This document shows positions 51,401-64,000 of a stretch of DNA of 64,000 bases, in pieces. The DNA is taken from NCBI GenBank assembly GCA_013265495.1, contig MU057700.1, positions 248,001 to 312,000 on the forward strand. Reading direction: 5' to 3'. Each line of letters starts with the position of its first letter. Position 1 is the first letter of the stretch. This DNA is from Vicugna vicugna. Its lineage: Eukaryota. The notes below the pieces were generated by a model, which saw only the letters and a program-made list of their open reading frames with translations, was not told the DNA's origin and made no database searches. Both the position numbers and the translations under genes were made by a program.

Positions 51401-53554
51401 TCTGAGCCCCTAAAAGAGGCCTCCGAGCTGAGTTGTGTTGATGGAGAGCGCCAGGTTTTAGCCCTGGAAGGGTCCCAGCATGGGGACCACATTCCAGCAG
51501 CCCTCAGCCCAGCTGAGCAGAGCCCAGAGAATGGCGTTTACTTTCTCACACTTGGTGTGTGAGCACTTGTTCTGGGCTGAAGCCATGCCCCGTGCATTCT
51601 CCCTTCCTGCACCCCCAACCCACGCCACACAGTTTGGGGACCAGTGTCCTGTTTGACAAACTCAGGGCAGGGGGGCTCACACAGATGGAGTAACTTGTCC
51701 CAAACCAGCAGCTGGAGGGAGGCCTGGGCCCAGGTCTGGGTGTGTCGGGCGCCTGACCCCGGGCCCTTGGGGGCAGCTGTGCCTAGTTAGATGGGGAAGG
51801 CCTGGGCAGACAAGGACGGGCTGCCCTCCTCTGAGCCCAGCTTCCCTAGAGATCAGAGGCTGAGGTGAGCTGACGTGTGAACACTTCACGGGGGAGCTGG
51901 TCCCGAGGAAGCAGGGAAGGAAAGTGAATAAATACAGGGCACGAGTTCTGACATGGGTCAGTCTTAGCAGACGTCTTTGGAGAGGCCCTGTGAAGCTTGT
52001 GGCCATCTGGGGTGAGGAAGGAGAATTTACCTGGTGGCCCCTGTGTCTTCATCGGTCCAAGTTTGCTCTAGGGTGTTTCCTGGCCCTGCACCCGGGCTGA
52101 ATGGATCCACAGGGTCTCACACCTGAGCGAGAACCCACAGCAAGGGCAGGGGGCCGGTGGCCTGCTGATGGCTGTGAGGCTGTGTTGCTGGGCTGCTGGT
52201 GTGCCGTCAAGGCGCAGGTGCGGGTGGCCCATAACGGCACTGGTAGGGCTCCTAGCGACACATTTTCTCATCTAAGCTTCACCATGACCTGGAGGGAGGG
52301 AGGCAAGAAACTACACTCAACTTACAGCTGAGAACCCTGAGGCTCAGAGCACTCAGAGGCTTCTGCACCATCATCATCAGACAGCGTCTCCTGACTCCAT
52401 TCTGGATTCTCACCAGGTCCCAGACTCAGGCCAGAAACTACAGGAAAGGACTTGGGCAGCTGTGCATGCGAAGGTCACGGGCGGGGCTACAGACAGGAAG
52501 CGTTAAAGGAACGGAGTTTTGGAGGCTGGGAGCTGGGCTAGACCATGGCGTAAGGGTAGCTGCAGGACTGCGCGGTGGCCACGTCTCGCTCTGGGGAACA
52601 GCAGGAGATGGAGCACCTCCACGGAGCCTGGGGGACCCGGACAGCCTGTGGTCGGGCAGAGTGGTGGGGGGGCCCTAGGAGGGGGCGGAAAGAGGGAGAG
52701 GGCAACTTACACCCCCTTGCTTGGCCCACCTGGCCTACTGCTGGACACTGTTGGTGGCAGCTTAGCCAAGCAGGTAGCAAAGGGTCCCACGGGCTCAGCC
52801 TTTGCCCAGTCTCCTCTGCCCGCTCCCAGCCCACCCTGGTCCCCACAGTGCAGTTCTGTCTGTGCAGGGGCAACAGGTGTGGCCTTCTCACTTGGCATCC
52901 TGGCACCTTTGAGGCTTGGCCAGGAGGACTCTGGGCCCAGATGCAGGGAGGACCCTCTTCCTCCATGGTGCCCCCAGAAAGCCAAGGAAACCCAGGTAGA
53001 GACGGACAAATGCTGACACATGGCAGCTGCCTCTGAACTCAGAGCCAGCTCTCTCTGGAGCTGGCAGGAGGGCCCACTCACCCCTGCGCCTGGGCACCTA
53101 GGCACCTGGGCCTGTCTTCATGCCCACCTGGGCGGCGCAGAAGTGGGAAGTTCATGGGGCCCGGCTTCTAGGAGCCGATGAGTCACTTGCACCTGGCTGT
53201 GAGCCCATTGCATCTAAGTTGCTTGCCTTCCTGCCTGAACAGGGGAGGAGCTGTAAGGAGTCAGAGTAGGCAGGCTGGGTGCAAATGCATCCCTTGCTCC
53301 CCGCAAAAGGGCCGCTGACTTGTCCAGACCAGTACCAGCTGACTTGGGACAGAGGTGCAGGTCCCCAGGGCCTCCATCCACGGGCCCACCCCACCCGCCT
53401 CGTCCCTCTACCCTCAGGCTGGCTTCTGGAGGCTTCCAGAGCTTTCCACCGAGTGTCCGTCTGAGTCTGCAGCCTTGAAACAGGTCTGAATGTAGCCAGA
53501 AGCAGCGGGGCCAGAGAGAGGCTCCTTGTGCTTTTTGCTCCCATTTTCACCTCG

Positions 53555-53700
53555 AAAGCCTGGAAAAACCTCCGGTGCCTGGGCTGTGCCCCCAGCCAGT
53601 TAGATCAGAATTGTTGGAGTGGGAGCCGGGTGAAGTGGTTTGTTTAAACTCCCCAGGTGACTCTCTTGTGCAACTGCACCTGAGAGATACTGACCTAGGT
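53555..53700. mobile_element. MER5-type hAT DNA transposon relic
   Basis: atcagaat..tggagtgggagcc...aactccccaggtgactct...tgagagatactgacctag. Confidence 0.5.
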
Positions 53701-54109
53701 GCCTAGAAGCTGCTCTCCTCACCTGGAAGCTCAGAGGACAAGCACGTTCAGAGAAAGTGTAGGCAAGTCCCCTCTGGGGGTGGCTGGAACTTGAGGCCCT
53801 GCATTTTAGCGATTGACCAGGTGATGGCGCTGCTGGTCAGGCCACACAGAGCAGCGAAGCTTTATAAAGGAGAGGATCTAAAACTCCAAGAGAACGGTGA
53901 GTTCTGACTCAGGGCAAGGTGTGCTGCGACTGCCGACAGGCCCCCAGGGGTGCTAATGTTGCGGCGCTGGTGCCGAACTTGCTTCAGAGCACCCATGTGG
54001 GGTCAGCCCCCTGGGGCCCCTGGGGGTCTGTGTCTGCAATGGCCCGTGTGGGGCGCTGAGCAGGCACGTCTGTAAGTCAGCTCCTCGGGCAGGAGGTGCT
54101 TTCCCAGGT

Positions 54110-54540
54110 GGGCTCATTCAACCCTCCCAGCAAATCTTGGAAGTAGCGCTCCACGTGCCCATTTTACAGATGAGGAAATTAAGACTCCAAGGGGTTGAGG
54201 ATCCTGATAAAGCCAGAACAAGTGGCCAAGCCAGGCTCAGACTCGGGCCTCCCTGACTGCCTGACCCTGCTGTGATCTCCCCAGTCTTGCACTTTCTTCT
54301 TTGTCTTCTTCCAACATCTCCATGCCTTCATTATCGTCATCCACCTCAAAGTTTAACATAAGACTTGTCAGTGGAGGCTCCAAAGCTCTCATTGCATCCC
54401 CTTGCTCTGATTATCCGCCGTGTGACCTGGGGCAGTTACTTGGCCTCTCTGTGCCTTGGCCTCACCTGCAGCGTGCATAGAATAAGGGTTTCTCTCATGG
54501 AGTCTTTGTGAGGATTAGTGAGATGATTCAGCTCTAGCGT
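54110..54540. mobile_element. Two MIR fragments in opposite orientation
   Basis: cccattttacagatgaggaaatt (minus, about 54160) and gtgacctggggcagttactt..ctctctgtgcct...gaggattagtgaga (plus, about 54420-54525). Confidence 0.55.
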
Positions 54541-54761
54541 TTGTGTTGATGGCACTATGCAGCACTCGGAGTCCTAGCTAGTGCATTTCTGATTGCGATT
54601 GCTCCTGCTGTGTGTTCCCTCCCAAGGTGGGAGCCCAGGTTTCCTGGATGCTGTGCTCTGAGTGGCCCTTCCCGGAGAACGGGACCAGCTGGGGGCGATG
54701 GACACACAGGTGTGTGACCAGAAGCCTCAGTTTCTGCTCTTGCTGGGACGGGAGAGGAAGA

Positions 54762-54840
54762 CACTATGTCAAGAGCAGAAGATTGACACAATATTGTAAA
54801 CTGACTATACTTCAATAAAAAATATATATATACAAAAAAA
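54762..54840 (+). mobile_element. Very short L1 3' terminus with A tail
   Basis: gacacaatattgtaaactgactatacttcaataaaaa is the reverse complement of the terminus seen in the 45321-45485 element. Confidence 0.75.
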
Positions 54841-57800
54841 GGAGGGGGTGTGCAAAAGAAACCACAGGGCTTGGTGGGGCGGTGGACAGAGATGCCAAGT
54901 AGCGGTACAGCCGGGGGAGTCCTGCCATCATCCCCATTTGACAGCTGGGGAAATCAAGGCTGGTTAGACTTGTCTAGGAACAAGGAGCTGGCTCATTGCA
55001 GAGCTGGGATTCGAATCCAAGGGTGCTCTAAATTCCTGCCCAAGAGGACCCACTGGGGGAATGTGCCTTCTCCCGTTTGACACTGAGCCTGGAGACCCTC
55101 CCCAAGGTGCTCATTGTGGGGAGGGGTGGTGGGCTCTGCGAGGGACTGAGTGGGTAAGGAAGGGGCTCTAGGAGTTCCCCGGGACTTCCTCAGTGGCTTA
55201 GCATACAGAGGAGCGGGGAGAGACCGGTCAGGGAGGCCCGGCCTGAGGCAGGGTCCCAGAGTCGGGGAGAGGCAGGGGTGGCCCTGCACAGCCTTTGTGG
55301 GCTCTGCCCATTCCCTGAGGGGGTTTTGGGCCTCTGCCTCGAAGCCCACCCTCACAGGTGACCTGCTCACTGGTGGCCATGCTTTTGTCCACAGGCCCAA
55401 GCCCTGGGGCTTCAGTCTCCATAGCATACTTTTATGAAAAGTGCTGATTTCATAACTCAGCTTCTTTGCACTAAAAGACAAAACTTATTTTAAAGATGAC
55501 AAAATAGATGTGCCATTTAGAAAAGTTACTGAAACAGTTGACAAATGTGTAGAACAGAAAGTGGAAGTCTCCTCCCCTCCTCCACCCCCTTACAGTGAAC
55601 TCTGTAATTAGTGTGGCCACGGGTGGCCAGGTGTTTTCTGTGCATTTATGTACAAGTCGTGTACACATCTGTTGATGTCATTTGAAAGTGACCAGTATGA
55701 GATCTTGTCCAGCTGGGGACTCCAGTTGTGGGGCCCTTGGCCCAGCTGCTGTTAGAGGGCTCACTGCCCCAAGCTGAAGGGAGGGTCCTCACCTGGCTGC
55801 TCCCTCCCATGGCCTCCTGGGCTGTGCATGGGCAGGGTGTTGGTGCCACACAAGAGTCGGGGACCTTGAGGGAGGAGCAGTGTGATGTGTCCTGAGCTGA
55901 CCAGGGTCAGGTGTAATGAGTCCCAGTGGCTGCCCAAGATGGATGGACTGGGACCCCACCCTCTGGGCAGGTGACTCCACCCTAAGCGTCTGCCCTTCAC
56001 CTGTCGTTGGAGGCAGAGCGTGCTGAGGCTCCCCAGGGAGCTGTAGACTGGGACCCAGCATAGAACTCGGCCCCCTGGCCTCCTGCTGGGCTTGCTGTTC
56101 CCTTCATGGGCTGCAGAGCTGGGGGGCTGCATCCCTAGGCTGGCTTCCGGTCTCCCCAGCCCCGGAGCAAGTGTTCCTGCAGGTGGCCTTGCCCTGTGGG
56201 GGACCCGGCAGGGGCTGTGAGCTAGTGGGGTGTTAGTGTGCTCCCCGCTGCAGCACCTCCCGACCAGAGCAGTGGGAGAGGCCAGTGGCTCCAAAAATGC
56301 CAACTCTGATGACCAAGAGACTTGGGGTCGGGAGGTCCAGCTGACCGAGTTTACCACCCTCAGGTCACCTTTGGAACTCAGAACTGTGTGATCTTGCAGA
56401 AGTCGCCCCACATCACATGACCTCAGCTGAGCGCTGGGGTCCGGGACCTCTCGGGAACCAGTGACGGCCCAGCAGAGCAGTGGCCAGTGCCGAGTGCCTG
56501 GGAGCCCACCTTTGTTATTTCATCCCACAGATGGTCACTGAGCACCGGTGTGGGCCGGGCTCCAGCTCAGCGAGAAGACATGAAGGCAGGTGATCAGCCA
56601 CTTCTGGTCTTGCGGGTCAGCAGCCTAGGCGTTAACCCAGGGAGGCTTCCTCGAGGCGGTGACGCCTGGGCTGGGCTTGGAAGCCCTAGGGTTTCCTCGG
56701 TTGAATTCCTGCTTGTTGAGCCTCCATTTCACCATCTGAAAAATCAAGGTTTTGCTCAAGTCAGTGGTTCTTCGACTTGAGCAGCATCAGAGGGGCCCCC
56801 CCAAGTTTCTGAGGCCTGAGAATGTGCATTCTCACATGTGTTGAGGGGATTGTTCTGAGTCTGAACCTCCATCCTAGAGTGAGGGCAGTGTGGAGCCTGG
56901 GGGCCACAGACATTGTCCCCAGGGCTTTGTCCTTCCTTTGAGCTCCTACCCTTCTTGCAAAGAATTTTCTGAGAATTCTAAGGTGACCTTCAGGTGTTTG
57001 GCAGAGAAGCCAGCGTCGTTTGGTCCTGGTGCCCTTTTTCCCCGGTGTGAGGCTCAGTTGATGCTCTGTCGGGTGGGAGTTGGCTCTGCTTGTGAGCCCC
57101 GGGGGGCAGCAGCCCAGGGCCCCTCAATAATCATGGCTCCTCTTTGCTCAGTCTGCACAGTGGGGAAACCGGGGCTGGAATGGTTCAGAGGCTGGCCCTG
57201 GTCCGGGTGAGAGCAGGCAGGGCCGGAGGAATCGTCATCACGGGTAAGGTCAGCACTGAGGGCCGCGGAGCCTGGGGAGGGCGTGTGTTCTTTCCACTCC
57301 CCTAGACAGGGGGAGGCGGCGTGGCTGCAGCGGAGAGGTAGCTGTGGGGTGGTGGCACCTGCTTGCCAGTGACCAGAGAGGGTGAACCTGGCCAGGGGCC
57401 CTGCCCAGGCAGGAAGGGCCAGCTCCTCCACTCTGACTTCAGCCTGCCTGCCCTCCAAGGTGGGACTAGCCAAGTGAGCGGACCAGGCCACCCTGGCCAG
57501 CAAGAGGGAGAGTGCACCCATGGGCGCTCTTGTGGGAGGCCCCAGCTGGCAAGTGTGCATCACCCTGACCCTACAGAGCCCCTCTAGACACAACTAGCTG
57601 CCTTGGGCGGTGAGGAAACTGAGGCTCAGGCCTTATGAGAGCTTCCAGCCGAGCCCTCAGCCCCATCACAGTAAGGCCTCAGGCTGCTGCCCAGCGTCTG
57701 CATGTAACAGGCACTTCAAATCCCGTGCATCCAAAGCAAGTTCCAGGTCTTTCCCCAAACCCCAGCCCCAAAGCCCTTCCCCATGCTGGTCAATTGCTCA

Positions 57801-58557
57801 GACTGAAAACCCTTCCTCACAGCGTCCAGAGTTGACCCTGCTTCCCTCCTACTCTGCTGTCACCTGACCCAAGCAGTCTCTCGCAGGATGCTGCTATGGC
57901 AAAACCCACCAATTGGTTTTCAGGCTTCTCCCTTTCAGAGTCTGCACACGGTGGCCAGAGAGACCTTCACCCTGAGTCAGGTCACTCCTGGGCTCAGGGC
58001 CCCCACGCCTCGTCTCATGTGCTGCACCTGGGGCCCCTAGATGTGCACCATCTGGCCTGTCACTCCTCAGACCACTCTCTTGCTGCCCTCTTCCCGTACA
58101 CTGGCCTCAGGACCTTGGTACCTGCTGTCCCTTATGCCTAGAGCATCCCTCTTTTATCCCAGGAAGCTGCACAGCTGATACCATCAGTCTGCCTCAGTGC
58201 AGCCTCCCCGAGGCTGCCTTGACCCCCCGCCCCACCCCCCAGGTGTTCTCCTGGTAGTGGTTTTACTCCAGTTCCACTGGGATGGAACCCCAGGAGGCAG
58301 GGCTTTCTGTGTCCAGGTCCCTGGAGTGAGGCTGGTATGCACAGAGCAGGTGCTGAAGAAACATTTATCAGACATACTTATCAGCAGCTTCAGGGCCACC
58401 AAGGAGCCTGGCTGCTAACCTGAGCTGACGTCTGGTGACCCCGCTCCCGGCCCTGCTGGGCTCCCACTATGCACCCGCATGCAGGCTGCAGGCGGCCTGG
58501 GAGGAGGGCCTGGCAGAAGTGCCTTTGATGCCTCACAGCCTCATTCTTTCCTCCCAG

Positions 58558-58758
58558 GAAACTATGCCCCAGACATCTGTGGTCTTCTCCAGCATACTCG
58601 GGCCCAGCTGTAGTGGACAGGTGCAGCCCGGCATGGGGGAGCGAGGTGCTGGGGCCGGCGGCTCCGGGGACCTCATCTTCCAAGACGGGCGCCTCATCTC
58701 CGGGTCCCTGGAGGCCTTGATGGAGCACCTGGTCCCCACAGTGGACTATTACCCTGAT
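58558..58758 (+). CDS. RASGEF1A: RASGEF1A coding exon 2 (ETMPQTSVVF...PTVDYYPD; start of RasGEF N-terminal/REM domain; internal ATG at 58564)
   Basis: Polypyrimidine tract ttctttcctcccAG, then 201 nt (67 codons), then donor GTGAGT. Translation MPQTSVVFSSILGPSCSGQVQPGMGERG...GSLEALMEHLVPTVDYYPD is recognisable as RASGEF1A. Confidence 0.96.
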
Positions 58759-61237
58759 GTGAGTACCTGGTGACTGGTGGGGATGACCTGGGCTCCAGGG
58801 GAGGCTGCTTCTGGGATGGGGAGGGAGGCCTGGCCAGAGCTGGATGGAGCAGCAGGGAGGGGCAGGGCAGCAGGGACCCCCAGCCTCACCTCCTGTGCTT
58901 CCCTCGCCTCCTGCTCCCTCCCCGACCCCCAGCCTAGGCGGGGTGGAGGGGGGGAACCTGCAGTGACTTCGCTGCTGTCCCAGGCGGGTGGGAGATGGTC
59001 CTGGGGGAGGAAGAGGAGTCTAACGGGCGAGGCCAGTGCCTCCAGGTCCTGGTGAGCGTCTACGCAGCCACATGTCCACCTCTGAGCTGGGAAGTCTGTG
59101 CGTGAACCGCCATAGTTCTGAATGAAGGGGGCCCAGCCCCTCACCCACCGGCATGCAGACCCCAGGGCACGTGCCTGTGAGGGCAGGACTGGCCTTCACC
59201 AACAACCCAGATCCTCTCTTCACCTCAAGATGACTCTGGCACATTCTTGGAACAGTGAGAGACAGTTCCCTTGTCACGTGAGGCTTCCCTTCTATGTCCA
59301 GTAGATGGCATCTCTTAGCCGTGGGGTTGATGCCTGCTCCCTTTTGAGAGCTAAGTTGCCCCTTGGGGGGCCCCCTCCCCCTGAGGGCAGAGCCCAGCTC
59401 CTGACAGACAGGGCTGCAAGGGAGGGCGGGGAGGAATTGCCCCCTCCGCCCTCAAGCTTCCATCTGATGGCACTGGAGTCAGCCAGGCTTCTTTCTGGGG
59501 GTTCCTGGCCCACCTTGACACGTCAGGCCGCCTCCTTCCCTCCTGGGGCTCTGTCCACTCCTCTGTCTTTCCACCTACCCCATAAATCCTCTCAGGGCCT
59601 GGCTGGGGCTGGTGTTGGTGGTGCAGACATGAAAGCTGAGGGCCCAGGTGGCTGAGCTGGAAAGAGGGGGCTCTAGGCCCTGAAGAAGCCCCCAGGGTCT
59701 GGAACCCCCAACCCCAGTGCTGATCTGAGGGGCAGCTGCCTGCGTGGCAGGGGCAGGACCCACCCCTCTCCTGGGCTTGTCCCAGAGGAGCCTCCTGTCC
59801 CCAGAACTCTGTGCCTAGGATCCCACCCTGCTCCCCAGCAGAGGGCAAAGGGGTGGTGGGGGCGGAACGGGGGTCCAGCTGGCACCGGCTCCTCTGCTGA
59901 GTGCCCGCGCTCCCCCACCCCGCACGCCGGGCAGCTGGGGACACGCCTCTCCAGTACGGCCGGTGCTCCCCTCGGAGAGACGCAGGGCTGCTGCCTTGAG
60001 CGCTCCTCTTACCCTCGCCTGAGAGCTCGAGGTGTGACACCTGGGTGCCTTTCTTCACACTCTGGGCCATCTGCTTAGAAGGGGGACCCTGAGGGTCACA
60101 CTGCTGACCAGCTGGGACCTGTGAGCACCACTGCACAGCCTGGGGACAGGATGTGGGAAGTTTCGGGGTGCTTAGAGGATTTCCCTGCTGCTCCAGGGAA
60201 AGCCTCCCCTAGTGGCCACAGGGCTGCGTAGGGGCAGTGAGGGGGGCGGGGGAGCCCAGAACTGAGGGCCCCAGTTCTGTTCCAGGAAGCTGCGCTCCCA
60301 GCAAACACGGTCTGGCTTTCTTCAGATTGTAGCAAGGAAGCCCTGCTCCTCTGGGCCTGGAGTTGGGGGCGGAGGGTCCTGGGCCCTCAGCCTACAGCAG
60401 CCAAGTGTGGGTAGAGGCCTGTCTGAGTAGAGTTCCCAGGAGAGCCCCAGACAGCCACCCCATCCCTAAGGCCTCCCTGTCTGCAGGCAGGGCCAGGGTG
60501 CAGATCCAGAGGGCATTGATCCATGTCAGACCAAACACTTCTGAGAACCCTTGGCCCTGGGCTCTGCTCCCTGCTCTCTTTCAGTCCACATCGTGACACC
60601 CCTTAGAGGCTGCACCACACAGCCAGGTGGCGGGGGCAAGAGGAAGTGGGACTGGGGGGCCCTGGTGTGGCAGGCAGTGACGAGGCCCACAGCTGGTTAG
60701 TGAAGGCACAGGGGCTTGCAGCAGTTTCTGATGCAGGATCCTGGGGCTAAGACAAGACCCGCACCCCACAGACAAGACCCCCACCCCACCACCATCAACC
60801 AAGCCCTGCCTCCCTGGCCAGTGAGGATCTGGAACAGAGCAAGCTTGGTGCCTGGCCCAGGGAGCACCGTGGGCTGGGCAGCCGACCCACTCAGGCCCAC
60901 AGAGTCCCACAGACACCCAAGGCCGGGTTTACCCCCGTGTGGGGTGGGGCGGGTAGGGGAGAACCCCAGCAGAGGAAGTCTGCCAGGGGTCGAGCTTATC
61001 AGGGGAGGCTTCTGCCAGCGACTGTGAAAAGGTTTGATCTGTGCCTTGCATGGCGGGCGGGCAGGATTTGGGTAGCAGAGAGAGAGGAGGAAGGGCATTG
61101 GAGGTGAGGTGAACCACGCAGAAGGTGATGTTGGGCCTGGGAGGCAGCTGGACCAGGTGGGGGAGCAGGCCGTGACCATACCAGGGGGCTGTGCCAGGCC
61201 TGACCTGCTCTTTGCCCTCTCTCTGTCTCTTCTTCAG

Positions 61238-61360
61238 AGGACGTACATCTTCACGTTTCTCTTGAGCTCCCGGGTCTTCATCCCCCCTCATGACCTGCTG
61301 GCCCGTGTGGGGCAGATCTGCCTGGAGCAGAGGCAGCAGCTGCAGGCTGGGTCTGAGAAG
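61238..61360 (+). CDS. RASGEF1A: RASGEF1A coding exon 3 (RTYIFTFLLSSRVFIPPHDLLARVGQICLEQRQQLQAGSEK; REM domain)
   Basis: Long pyrimidine tract ending tcttcAG, then 123 nt (41 codons), then donor GTAAAG. Continues the RASGEF1A sequence in phase 0. Confidence 0.96.
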
Positions 61361-63246
61361 GTAAAGGCGTGCTGTCTGTTTCTGTGGCCCTGGCTTCCCC
61401 TCTCGCTCACTCTCTGGAGAGAAGCCTGCTCAGAGGAAGCTGGCAGGATAGGGGCTGGCTGAGCCCGGCCTTGGGGCCCTCCCTGATGGGGGCAGGTGTG
61501 CTGGTCTCTGCAGGCCTCCTGACATATGTGGGGCCGGGCTCCCCAGGGTCTGCAGGGGCCCACACAGAGCTGAGCACACCTCCCAGGGTGCTGGGTGTAA
61601 CTGCTGTTGGCGGGTGCGCACCCCTTCCCTGGAAAGGGCCACAGCAGACAGCTCTGCCAGCTCTCCTGGTCAGTGCCAGGACCCCCAAAAGGGAGGGCCC
61701 ACTACAGCTGGTGGAGAAGAAGCCAGTGGGGCTGGAGTTTCCAGTGACTCAAATAGGGCTGTTTGCCACTGTCGTTTCTTCTGGTTGAGTCAGGCTTTGG
61801 GCAGTCAGGATGGTCAAGAAACCATGGCTCATCTCTGAGGGCCTGGGGGTAGGGGCCAGGGGCCAGGGACCAGGGGTGAGGCTTTTAGAAGCCCAGGGTC
61901 TGGTGCAGAAGGAGAGGTGGTGGACGTACTGTCAAAGGGCTGGCAGGGCCTATTCTGGGTTTTGGCAGAGCATGGCCTGTTCTGGCTCACTGGTGACCTG
62001 TTCCTCCCTGAGGCCGGGCCTCTTGCCCCTGGAATTTTGCAGCAAAGGCCTTGAACGTCCATACCCTCTTTAGAGTCTCCTCTCCAGAGGGGCTCCTGTC
62101 CCAGAATGTGCTGGGCAGGGATGGAGACAGGCATCAACTGCAGCCTGGGGTTCAGGAGAGGTTCCTGAAGGCATGGGTGGAAAGAAGCCAGATCAGGGTG
62201 AGTGGGGGATGAAATTCTAGGCTGAGGGTCAGTGTGGGGACAGTAGAAGCCTGAGAGGAGCCTGGGGTGAGCCTGCAGGCCTTTGTGCGTGGTGACATGA
62301 AGGGCGGGGCCTCTGGGGAGGGAATGCAGGGATCAGGTTCCTGCTAAGTGTGGGGTCCTCGGGGCATCTTAGGGGAGTGTCCGCAAGCACTGGACTGTGA
62401 TCAGGAGTGGCTGCAGGGGCCAGCTGGGAGAGCCTCCACAAGGCATGGGAAGCCATCACTAGGGGACTGGCTGGGGGTGTGGGTGGAATCGGGTCGGCTG
62501 AGGCAGTGCCAGGGGGCATGGATGTGGGAGGGGCAGGTAGATATAGGGATGGAGAGTTGGGTCATGTGGGAGCCGGGCCCTGTGGGCTGTCAAGGTCGGA
62601 AGGGTCCAGGTTGGGTAGGCGGGCACAGGGAGCTGGTCAGGGCCAGGGAGGAGCCAAGGCGGGCACAGGAGGGGTTTGGCATGTGTGAACCAGTGCTGGG
62701 CTGGGCACGGAGGACTGGCCAGGAGACTGCAGCCGAGCATCCGACACCCCCGCCTTGGGCTGTATGTGCGTGTGGACCTGGGCCAGCAGAAGTCAGGAAG
62801 AGGGTGCCTGGCATGTCTGTGCCTCTTCCCAGCCCTTGCCAACCTGCTTTTAACTGCGAAGAGGCAGGCTAGAGTCTCTTGCTTAACATTAGTGATTTTG
62901 CTTGGTTCTCAGTGAGTTCTTTTTTATGCATAACTTCTAATTACAACAAGTAAAACTCTTTTTTTATGTCATGGTAGCGTTAGGACAGTTTTTGAATATG
63001 AATTTAAGTGAAAAAGAGCCAGCTTAAGGGGAAAATGGAGCAAAGCAGGTGTAACAAAGCCGCAGGTATGCAGGGCCGGGGACGCCCTACCTGCAGCTCT
63101 GACCCCAACGTCGGGATGGAGGACAGGTCCTGTGGGGGATGGGTGGGAGGGTGTCGCAGAACTGGGGGGGTGAGGGGCACGTTCCCACTTGTCATCTCTC
63201 ACCCACTCTAGAGGGTTAGCCCTCACTCTGTGCCCTGCCATCCCAG

Positions 63247-63384
63247 GTCAAGCTGAAGTCCTTCTCAGCTAAGATCGTGCAGCTGCTGAAGGAGTGGACG
63301 GAGGCCTTCCCCTATGACTTCCAGGATGAGAAAGCCATGGCGGAACTGAAGACCATCACTCACCGGGTCGCTCAGTGTGACGAG
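63247..63384 (+). CDS. RASGEF1A: RASGEF1A coding exon 4 (VKLKSFSAKIVQLLKEWTEAFPYDFQDEKAMAELKTITHRVAQCDE)
   Basis: Acceptor catcccAG, then 138 nt (46 codons), then donor GTGAGG. Contains the REM-domain motif LLKEWTEAFPYDF. Downstream exons (CDC25 catalytic domain) lie outside the window. Confidence 0.95.
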
Positions 63385-64000
63385 GTGAGGACCCGGGCAG
63401 AGTTCCTTGTCTGGGGGAGGGTGGGTCTTCGGGGCAGCTCTGTGTGTGGCCCCCTTTGCTGTACTCTCCCAAGAGGACCGCAGGTGGCTCCGTTTGCCCC
63501 CAGCCCCATGACGACAGCTCTGCTGGCCGGCAGCAGGCCGGACTCACCCTCAGCGTCCTCAGCTTGTGGCCTGAGCGGGATGATCCTGGGCCCCACCTTC
63601 TGCTGCCCCGGGGAGGGGGGTGGAGTGGGGGCCTGGTGAGAGGCTGTAAGAGCCTGCCCACCTCTGCTGGCTCCCAGCTCACTCCTGGTCTTCAGTGTTG
63701 AGAAGGGCCCCTCCAGGGAGGTGGTGGGCTCGCCTCCAGCCCACACTGAGCGGGAGCCGGGGCCTCCATGATGGAAGTGCTCCTGTGCTCAGCAGCCTCT
63801 ACCTGCCTGGAGGGCTCAAAGTCCAGGGAGAGTTTGGGGAGGGGCCAGGGCTCCCCTCACCCAGGGAAGGAAGGCCTGGTCCTGGAGGAAGCCCTTCTAG
63901 ATTCCCTCATCCCTACTGTGGGCCCCTCCTGCTGGGAGGAGGTCACAAGAAGTAGCTCAGCTGCCACCACCAGGAAAGCCATGCTCCTCAGACCCGGAAG

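Noticed and set aside
59351..60136. 261-aa minus-strand ORF in RASGEF1A intron 2
   Set aside because: Pro/Gly/Gln-rich random-like translation with no family signature.
63241..63252. AG|GT at the exon 4 acceptor as a recursive splice site
   Set aside because: GTCAAG is a poor donor, and the GT is simply the Val codon.

Overview
Mammalian genomic DNA, almost certainly a camelid (alpaca, llama or camel), judged from seven copies of the camelid tRNA-derived Vic-1-type SINE. The only protein-coding gene I can support is the 5' part of RASGEF1A on the + strand. It has a CpG-island first exon encoding MFLEPQ (39336-39353, next to a 405-nt N gap) and three further coding exons (58558-58758, 61238-61360, 63247-63384). 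All introns are GT-AG and phase 0, and the gene continues beyond the window. The rest is GC-rich non-coding DNA with MIR, L2, MLT1 and MER5 relics, plus an AT-rich nest of transposons at about 12.4-24 kb. In that nest an old L1M hosts MER44, two SINEs and three younger L1 pieces. Almost all ORFs in the supplied track are spurious (GC-rich DNA, repeats, or reading through Ns). I see no evidence of a new multi-gene system. The most unusual items are a TSD-bounded 3.35-kb L1 insertion whose 3' end is replaced by about 280 bp of unique polyadenylated sequence, a candidate micro-exon or recursive splice site at about 29.9 kb, and recurrent RFX X-box motifs. Repeat subfamily names come from recalled consensus sequences, and repeat boundaries are approximate unless a TSD is given.
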